From Anaerolineae bacterium (lineage in GTDB: Bacteria > Chloroflexota > Anaerolineae > Aggregatilineales > Phototrophicaceae), in the NCBI GenBank assembly GCA_034437635.1, contig DAOTTT010000053.1, positions 1 to 50,257 on the forward strand: a stretch of DNA of 50,257 nucleotides. Reading direction: 5' to 3'. The notes under the pieces are model-generated. The model saw only the letters and a list, made by a program, of their open reading frames with translations. It made no database searches and had not been told where the DNA came from. Shown one piece after another: positions 44,471 to 50,257 of the stretch. Numbering within the stretch: the stretch's first letter is position 1; the number at the start of each line of letters is the position of its first letter. Position numbers and translations under genes: made by a program.

Positions 44471-44916
44471 TAGCTCACCTCCCGCGCCCATACTTGGAAG
44501 ATACGCACGCTGCCTGTGCCGCCCGTGACCTTCGTCCGCAGCTTGATGCTGTGCGCCCCACTGCTTACACCTGTTATCAGACGGGCGCTGTTGCAAGGCG
44601 TGTTCTCCGCCGTGCCGCAGTAAACCAACGGATAATCCGTGCCGTCGATGTCGATGCGGACTTCGATATGCTGCCCGGAAGCCGCCCGGACGTAGCCAAT
44701 CACACCGACCATCACATCGCCGCCCGTAGTCGTCAAGTTAACGGTGGTATCCGACACATCGATGTAACTGGTACTGGTCACGCTCTGCAAACCGGCGGGC
44801 GTGGCGGTGTCTGTCGGTGGATTTTTAAGCGCGTTCATGTTGTCGCGGATTTGCGTGTTCATATCAATGGCGGTGAGCGGTTCGCTCGTCCATGTTTTGG
44901 GGGTTTGCCAAGTCAT
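44470..44916 (-). CDS. Phage tail-fibre / receptor-binding-like protein (148 aa)
   Basis: N-terminus TWQTPKTWTSEPLTAIDMNTQIRDNMNAL resembles the W..G..LTA..LN..IRDNL motif common at the start of phage tail-fibre proteins. The rest is beta-rich. RBS AAAGGAG. Confidence 0.5.
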   Translation of the reverse strand: MTWQTPKTWTSEPLTAIDMNTQIRDNMNALKNPPTDTATPAGLQSVTSTSYIDVSDTTVNLTTTGGDVMVGVIGYVRAASGQHIEVRIDIDGTDYPLVYCGTAENTPCNSARLITGVSSGAHSIKLRTKVTGGTGSVRIFQVWAREVS

Positions 44917-45039
44917 AGGGATTTACTCCTTTAGTAACCTTTGGTTAGTTTTTGGTTTTTAGTTATCAGTTTTTGGTCTTTAGAGATCAAGACTGTACAC
45001 TAAAAGCTGATAACTGTTTGCTTTTCGTTACGTTCGTTT

Positions 45040-46515
45040 TTAAATCGCCAGCAGTTGCGCGGCGCTGTCGATATTGCTGGTATTGATGATAAAAAATGTG
45101 GTCATATCCACCGGGCGCAGCGTCCAGGTGATGCGATGCACCGCGCCGCCCTGCGTCACATGATGTTCTTCTGCGATGATGACGTAAACGGCATTGTGCC
45201 CGGTGTGCGTCTCGGTGATCGTCACGCGGTCAAACAGCGTTAAATTCAACGCACCGGGATGAGCGGCGGCATAAACGGTCACGGTGTGAACGATGCCGCG
45301 TGGTTGGCTGCGGCGTTGTAGCTCATATGTGGCGATGCCGTCGCCCTCCTCTACGTTATTAAGCGCGGTGAGGTTTAGGCGCAAGGTGCGCAGGCCGTAC
45401 ACATGCGCGTTGAGCTTATCCGCTGCGATGACGGTCAACGCTTCGCCGCCGCTGAGGGGTGTCCCGCGTATGATGCAGGTCATCAGCCACAGGTCATGGA
45501 CCGCGCTCCGGTTGCGCACTTCGATCGCGTCATCCTGCAAGACGACCTCCAACAAGCCGGTACGGTCGGCGGTGCCGTCCGCGTTGAGCGCGGCGCTGTA
45601 ATCTATGCGCGGATCAACAAAAAGCGCCGCCGCTGGTTCGCCGGCAGCATCGATATACTGCACGGCGAAGCGGCGTGTCGCCCCGGCGCGGATGCGCTGC
45701 GGCACGTCCAACGCCCACAACACGCTGTTCGCTGCGCCGATGCTACGCGGGATCAAGCGGACTTCCACGCGGTTGATGTGGTCATCGCCATAGGTGTAAT
45801 CCAGCGTGTGCATGTCATCGCTCAGGGCGATGCTGTTGGGGGCATCCATCCATGCCGCATGACGATTGCGGAATACCGCCTGCCCGGTGCGGTCAAGGTA
45901 GAACGCGCCGCGCTCCGCCGCTGTCACCGCTTGGATGATGCGCCAGGCGGTCACGCCTTCGCGCTCCGCAACGTAGACAAAGCGTGATTTGCCTACGTCG
46001 AGATCACGCTCGACGTTTTCCCCGGCGATGATCGTCAAGCCGATGATGTTATTGCCGGGGCGGTCAATGATGCATATCTGCACAAGATCGTCCCGGCGCA
46101 AGATGCAAGCATCCAACACCTGCCCGATGACCGTATCCGCACGGACGTTTTGCAGCGTGGGCAAGCGCAGCCGGTTCTCCTTGAGCCATTGCTCCGCGCC
46201 TGCCACGTTGATAATCGCCCGGCGTTGGCCGTTAGCGCCCGCCTCCGGTATCACCTGCTGGATGAACCCGGTAAACAGCACCAAGCCCGCATCCGTGCGG
46301 ATTTGTAGCCGTTGCCCCGGTTGTAGCGGGGTGCGCTCCGGCGCGTAGTCGCCGCTGATGTTGTCCAGCGTGATCTGTGCGGTGCTGTCAGCGGGCATCG
46401 CGTCGTAAGCGTCCTGCATCCCGATGAACCAATGCAGTGCCAGCACATCCCCGGTGATGACGGCCTCAAACGTGCCGTTGTCGTCCTTATCCAGGGTGAT
46501 GACGTACTGTGTCAT
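45040..46515 (-). CDS. Phage tail/baseplate-like structural protein (491 aa)
   Basis: The ATG at 46515 (MTQYVITLD) overlaps the upstream stop (ATGA). The beta-rich sequence has the general look of siphovirus distal-tail / minor-tail proteins. No enzymatic motifs. Confidence 0.4.
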   Translation of the reverse strand: MTQYVITLDKDDNGTFEAVITGDVLALHWFIGMQDAYDAMPADSTAQITLDNISGDYAPERTPLQPGQRLQIRTDAGLVLFTGFIQQVIPEAGANGQRRAIINVAGAEQWLKENRLRLPTLQNVRADTVIGQVLDACILRRDDLVQICIIDRPGNNIIGLTIIAGENVERDLDVGKSRFVYVAEREGVTAWRIIQAVTAAERGAFYLDRTGQAVFRNRHAAWMDAPNSIALSDDMHTLDYTYGDDHINRVEVRLIPRSIGAANSVLWALDVPQRIRAGATRRFAVQYIDAAGEPAAALFVDPRIDYSAALNADGTADRTGLLEVVLQDDAIEVRNRSAVHDLWLMTCIIRGTPLSGGEALTVIAADKLNAHVYGLRTLRLNLTALNNVEEGDGIATYELQRRSQPRGIVHTVTVYAAAHPGALNLTLFDRVTITETHTGHNAVYVIIAEEHHVTQGGAVHRITWTLRPVDMTTFFIINTSNIDSAAQLLAI

Positions 46516-46973
46516 AGCGCCACCACCCACCGATGCCGGAACGCACAACCGACATATTCCACGCCGTTAAAGTTATACACGCCGGGGTCAATGCGGACGG
46601 TTGCGGGTTCGCGTAGCACACCACCCAATGTGACGGCGTTGCTCAATGCGGCGAAGTAAGCGTCAATGCGCGTGACGAGGCCGGGCAGATGATCGCGCAA
46701 TCCACGCCCAGCGCGGAAAGGCGCTTCTAACAAGAGGTGTGTCACCGCATAGGTGACGGTCTTCACACCATCGCTAAAGGCGACCGCTTCAAAAGCGGCG
46801 GCCCGATCCGCGAACAGGCCGTCATCGGCGATGGTATCCGGTTCAAGTGGCAGTACGAGCAGCACTGGCAGATTACCCCGCGCTAACGCTTGCGGCAGCG
46901 CGTCTATGCCGTAGTTATGCTGCACACCACTGACGGTCAACGCGGCTAAGGCGTTGAGAGCCGTTTGTAACAT
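46512..46973 (-). CDS. Phage-associated hypothetical protein (153 aa; possibly tail-completion-like)
   Basis: First gene of the coupled cluster. RBS GAAGGAG. The N-terminal pattern LQTALNALAAL....LP.LLVLP is reminiscent of tail-completion (DUF3168-like) proteins, which is weak evidence. Confidence 0.35.
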   Translation of the reverse strand: MLQTALNALAALTVSGVQHNYGIDALPQALARGNLPVLLVLPLEPDTIADDGLFADRAAAFEAVAFSDGVKTVTYAVTHLLLEAPFRAGRGLRDHLPGLVTRIDAYFAALSNAVTLGGVLREPATVRIDPGVYNFNGVEYVGCAFRHRWVVAL

Positions 46974-47060
46974 GCGTCTACTCCTTCGGTTACGTTCAAT
47001 AACCGCATTGTAGAACGCATGATCGCCTAGAGGTTGGCGATAGTGCCCGTTTTTTATGAA

Positions 47061-47082
47061 CGGACGGCAAAAATCGCGTCCG
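47061..47082. repeat. Second, inverted and slightly decayed copy of the 44149 hairpin
   Basis: CGGACGGCAAAAATCGCGTCCG. Its reverse complement CGGACGCGATTTTTGCCGTCCG matches GGACGGCATTTTTGCCGTCC at 44151-44170 except around the loop edge. Confidence 0.5.
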
Positions 47083-47098
47083 CTATTTCTTTATTTAG

Positions 47099-47215
47099 GT
47101 AACTACTCAGGTATAGCATCTGCCTTCCCCCTCACCCCAGACGCAAAGCGTCGAGGGTGGGAGAGGGGGACAGCGACATTTGTCGCAGGGGGTGAGGGGT
47201 GCGCTGAGTGGTTAC
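47099..47215 (+). mobile_element. MITE-family copy E1 (same TIRs, different 85-bp G-rich hairpin cargo)
   Basis: Left end GTAACTACTCAGGTAT; right end GCTGAGTGGTTAC. The interior has CCCCCTCACCCC ... GGGGTGAGGGG plus GACGC-aaa-GCGTC and GCGAC-attt-GTCGC hairpins. Confidence 0.7.
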
Positions 47216-47222
47216 TATTTAA

Positions 47223-47282
47223 ATAACTACTCAGGTAAAGCCTATATCCCGCATCGGCTTTGAGCCGATGCGGATAGATAGC
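47223..47282 (+). mobile_element. MITE-family copy E2 (left part only, first hairpin flipped)
   Basis: ATAACTACTCAGGTAAAGCCTATATCCCGCATCGGCTTTGAGCCGATGCGGATA. It starts 7 nt after E1. The loop is TTTGAG instead of CTCAAA. Confidence 0.7.
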
Positions 47283-47384
47283 TTGATGCTTCAGATTTAA
47301 ACGCCACGCCATGCTTTCGCTGAACAAATGTCTTTTTTTCTGCTAGAATGGGAGAATTATTCCGAAACGATTATCAATAACCAC

Positions 47385-48320
47385 ATGCGAAAGCTCGGCA
47401 AGATTAAGCCCAAGCCCCCCTATAATTTATCGCTCACCCTGGATGTGCTGCAACGCTACGCACACCCGGCGCTGGATGTCGCCCGCGATGGCGCATACTG
47501 GCGCTTGCTCTACTGTCAAAGGGGGTTAAACCTCGTGCGCGTGCGGGATGTCAGCAAATCCTCTGCTAAACCACGCTTAGAAGTCGCCCTGGCGATGTCC
47601 ACCGCCCCCGCCGATCCTAAAGCCATCCTCAAGACCGTCGAACACATTCTCGGCGCACAGGTGGATTACACGCCCTTCTACGCCTACGCCCGGCAGCATC
47701 CGGCGTTGTGGCGCGTGGTCGAGCCGCTGCAAGGCTTGCATTGGCTGCGCACAGAAAGCGTATTCGAGGCGTTGATGCTCACCATCATCGAGCAACAAAT
47801 CGCGTGGAAAGCCGCACAGCGGGCGCAACGCTGGTTAGTAGAATGGGGCAACCATACAATCACCTATGACGGCTATCAGCATTTTGCCTTCCCGCGCCCG
47901 TCGCAGATCGCCGCCGCGAGCCTTGACGACTTACACCCGCTCAAGATCACCTTTCGCCGTATGGCAGTCATGCGCGACATCGCCGGGCAGGTCGTCAATG
48001 GGACGCTCAAGCTGGAAAAATTGCGCAAGCAATCACCACAAAAGGCATATGTTAACCTGGTGGCGCTCAAAGGCATCGGCCATTGGACAGCCGCCTGGAC
48101 GCTCCAGCGGACGCAGCCCACACAGCATAATTACGTCGGGTATAATGACGTTGCCTTGCAAGCGGCGGCCAATCATTATTTTTATGGCGAGCAAGGCAAG
48201 CTCACGCCGGAGGCCACCCGCGACACGTTCGCCCAATTCGGCGCGTTCGCCGGGATCGCCGCTAATTACACCATTATGCGCTGGGTGTTGGATCGCTACG
48301 AGCAACAATCGGAGAGATAA
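47385..48320 (+). CDS. HhH-GPD superfamily DNA glycosylase (AlkA-like)
   Basis: Helix-hairpin-helix LVALKGIGHWTAAW, followed by an Asp-containing YNDVALQ. I preferred the start at ATG 47385 (MRKLGKIK). The longest ORF starts at 47328, directly at the MITE edge. Confidence 0.75.
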   Translation: MRKLGKIKPKPPYNLSLTLDVLQRYAHPALDVARDGAYWRLLYCQRGLNLVRVRDVSKSSAKPRLEVALAMSTAPADPKAILKTVEHILGAQVDYTPFYAYARQHPALWRVVEPLQGLHWLRTESVFEALMLTIIEQQIAWKAAQRAQRWLVEWGNHTITYDGYQHFAFPRPSQIAAASLDDLHPLKITFRRMAVMRDIAGQVVNGTLKLEKLRKQSPQKAYVNLVALKGIGHWTAAWTLQRTQPTQHNYVGYNDVALQAAANHYFYGEQGKLTPEATRDTFAQFGAFAGIAANYTIMRWVLDRYEQQSER

Positions 48321-48325
48321 GACAG

Positions 48326-48928
48326 ATGACAGACGATCATGATATGGTAGGGCGCGTATTACGCGCCAGCACACGCGGCATGGCCTGTGGCACGCACAGC
48401 AACCGCCTAGATGACAAGCACGACTTTGGCGCGTTCGTCAAAGCGCCCATCGCCAACAACAGCGATGTCTACGCGATTGGCCTCATCTATGCGGTGGAGA
48501 TTAAAGACGATATGTTGATTAACGAGTTGGTCATGGCGGATTCGGTCAACCCGAATGTGCTACGCGATCAACGCGAAAACCGCATGATCCCCGTAGAGAT
48601 CAGCGTGTTGAACGTGGGCTATGGGCGCGGCAAAGATTTTGTCCACAGCGTGCCGCCCCGCCCCCCGTTGAGCCTCTCTAAAGTCACGCTCTGCTCGCGA
48701 GAAGATGTGCTGTTCTTCACCTCTCGGCTGGATTTCTTCCGCTTGGTGGTCAACGCGAGTGAAGTCCCTTCAGATGATCTCATCGCGGCCATGATCCGCT
48801 ATGCACGCTACGCCTACCCGGAAGGCGAACAACACCGATTCTTAGTCGCCACCGGGCAGCACTTAGGGCGCTTACTCAGCGGCGACTCGCGCCGACTGGC
48901 CGCCGTTTTATCGCTCATCAAACCATAG
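48326..48928 (+). CDS. Hypothetical protein (200 aa) with an N-terminal small-barrel-like region
   Basis: RBS GGAGAG, 5 nt after the glycosylase stop. VGRVLRASTRGMACGT...FGAFVKAPI...VYAIGLIYAVEI resembles HerA-type HAS-barrel N-termini. There are no ATPase motifs. Confidence 0.45.
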   Translation: MTDDHDMVGRVLRASTRGMACGTHSNRLDDKHDFGAFVKAPIANNSDVYAIGLIYAVEIKDDMLINELVMADSVNPNVLRDQRENRMIPVEISVLNVGYGRGKDFVHSVPPRPPLSLSKVTLCSREDVLFFTSRLDFFRLVVNASEVPSDDLIAAMIRYARYAYPEGEQHRFLVATGQHLGRLLSGDSRRLAAVLSLIKP

Positions 48929-48938
48929 GAGTTATGCC

Positions 48939-49526
48939 TTGACCATCGAAATTATGCAAGGTGTCCCGCAAGATCAACGCGAACAAGCCGCCGCCATCTA
49001 TTACGATGCGTTTAAGCAAAAGCTAACGCCCTTCCTCGATGACGATCCACAGCACGCTATCGCCGCCATCGCGGACGATATGCAACTCGAAAACGCTTTC
49101 GTCGCGCTGCGGGATGGGCAAGTGTTGGGCTTGGTGGGCTTTCATCATGCCGGGAAGTTATTCGTTGATCTACAAATGCGCACATTGTTCAAACGGACGA
49201 ACATCTTTAAGGGCATATGGCGCGTGTTACTAGGGATATTGCTCACGCGCAAGCCGGGCAAGGGCGAGTTCCTGCTGGATGGCATCGCCGTTCATGCGGA
49301 CGCACGCGGGCAAGGCATAGGCACGCGCTTATTCGACGCGCTTTTCGCCTTCGCGGAAGCCAACGACTACACCACCATTCGCCTAGATGTAGTCAACACG
49401 AACCCGCGTGCGCAGCAACTTTACGAAAGACTCGGCTTTGAGGTCGTCAAAACCGAGTCCGTACCATTTTTAAAATTTTTGGGCTTTACCGCTGTTACGG
49501 AAATGCGGCGCGATGTCGCCCATTAG
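48939..49526 (+). CDS. GNAT-family acetyltransferase
   Basis: TTG start after TAGGAG. Acetyl-CoA motif GIAVHADARGQGIGTRLFDAL, with RAQQLYERLGFEV. Confidence 0.8.
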   Translation: MTIEIMQGVPQDQREQAAAIYYDAFKQKLTPFLDDDPQHAIAAIADDMQLENAFVALRDGQVLGLVGFHHAGKLFVDLQMRTLFKRTNIFKGIWRVLLGILLTRKPGKGEFLLDGIAVHADARGQGIGTRLFDALFAFAEANDYTTIRLDVVNTNPRAQQLYERLGFEVVKTESVPFLKFLGFTAVTEMRRDVAH

Positions 49527-49592
49527 ATTTACCGGATCAAACCGCTGCACCGCACCCATGTAGACCCACTCGCCTCAGCGCGGGGCGCATGT

Positions 49593-50027
49593 TTAAAACG
49601 GAATATCACGCATGTCTTGCGGTGGAGTATCGTTCCCCCCGCGATCATCATACTCTTGAGAATCACCACCACCGCCATAATTCCCACCGCCGCCATCACC
49701 GCCCTGCAAGAACTTCACATCACGGGCGCGGAGTTCCAGCGAGGCCGCTGCTTCTCCGGCGTTGTTCATGTAACCGCGTGCTTCCACATTACCCGTGACC
49801 ATCACTTGGCGGCCTTTGCTCAGGTACTTAGCGGAGTTTTCAGCAGCGGGGCCATACACCGCCACACGATACCATGTCGTTTTCTCGCGCCGTTCACCAC
49901 TTTGACGATCACGCCAAGTCTCGTTAACGGCGACGCTAAAGTTACACACCATCGTCCCGCTGGGCAATGACTTCAGTTCCGGGTCAGTGCCCAGGTTGCC
50001 GATGATGATGGTCTGATGAAATGTCAT
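49593..50027 (-). CDS. ssb: Single-stranded DNA-binding protein
   Basis: OB-fold N-terminus IIIGNLGTDPELK...TWYRVAVYG, a Gly-rich linker and the acidic tip DIPF. RBS GAGGAGAAA. Confidence 0.95.
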   Translation of the reverse strand: MTFHQTIIIGNLGTDPELKSLPSGTMVCNFSVAVNETWRDRQSGERREKTTWYRVAVYGPAAENSAKYLSKGRQVMVTGNVEARGYMNNAGEAAASLELRARDVKFLQGGDGGGGNYGGGGDSQEYDDRGGNDTPPQDMRDIPF

Positions 50028-50149
50028 GTTTTTCTCCTCAATGATGACGATAGCGCCCTATTATAGCAACCGTCACCCTCGTCTGCCTTTGGAACATTTA
50101 TTCTACCACAGGATCAAGGGCAATCGCCCCCCAAACAAGGGGTATTATG

Positions 50150-50257
50150 GTAACTACTCAGGTAAAGCCTATATCCCGCATCGGCTCAAAGCCGATGGCT
50201 ACATTAAAAGCTAGGAAGCCCGTAAACGGGCTGTATAAAATGATATTTCGCGCTGAC
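50150..50257 (+). mobile_element. MITE-family copy F (left part; runs off the window)
   Basis: GTAACTACTCAGGTAAAGCCTATATCCCGCATCGGCTCAAAGCCGATGGCTACATTAAAAGCTAGGAAGCCCGTAAACGGGCTGTATAAAATGATATTTCGCGCTGAC is nearly identical to copy D. Confidence 0.85.

Noticed and set aside
44149-47082. Intact prophage.
   Set aside because: Only four tail/lysis-like genes are present. There is no integrase, repressor, terminase, portal, capsid, tape measure or endolysin, and no tRNA or att-like direct repeats were seen. I treat it as a remnant or domesticated cassette.
47103-47327. 74-aa minus-strand ORF between the phage-like cassette and the AlkA-like gene.
   Set aside because: It is composed almost entirely of MITE copies E1 and E2 (TIRs and hairpins). 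It has no RBS, so it is a repeat-derived reading frame.
9688-50257. Could the dispersed repeats be a CRISPR array or REP/BIME-type palindromes?
   Set aside because: Copies are kilobases apart, not regularly spaced with unique spacers, and there are no cas genes. Unlike simple REP units they have defined terminal inverted repeats and target-site duplications, so a MITE is the better description.

Overview
About 50 kb of bacterial chromosome, roughly 55-60% G+C by eye, with GGAG-type ribosome-binding sites and frequent 4-nt stop/start overlaps. The many secreted beta-propeller/WD40 proteins and the overall gene content suggest a Chloroflexota-like organism, but the sequence alone cannot prove the taxon. 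The backbone is ordinary. It holds five sensor kinases (two with OmpR-type regulators), a P1B-4 (SPC/HEGST) metal ATPase, cydAB, glpK, def and ssb. It also holds a Fe(3+) ABC importer, an ECF sigma/anti-sigma pair next to a fasciclin protein, an FMO, a Zn-ADH, hydrolases and GNATs. Four accessory layers sit on this backbone. (1) A previously unannotated MITE-like repeat family, with at least 8 copies or fragments, all intergenic. One copy (32286-32474) has perfect 16-bp terminal inverted repeats (GTAACTACTCAGGTAT) and a perfect 8-bp target-site duplication. Its interior is a chain of hairpins that show compensatory substitutions and orientation-flipped modules between copies. (2) A sharply AT-rich islet (24537-25420) next to one MITE copy encodes two small 2-TM proteins of unknown function. 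(3) A four-gene, translationally coupled phage-tail-like remnant (44189-46973) is bracketed by inverted copies of one hairpin and has no integrase, capsid or terminase genes. (4) Gene decay: an ABM monooxygenase truncated at a MITE, and a 5'-nucleotidase with a large internal deletion. Other points of interest are two paralogous DHp-only (kinase-less HisKA) proteins, a response regulator / 96-aa unknown / kinase tricistron, and an orphan GAF-HisKA_3 kinase divergent from cydAB. I saw no rRNA, tRNA, CRISPR array, transposase or integrase.
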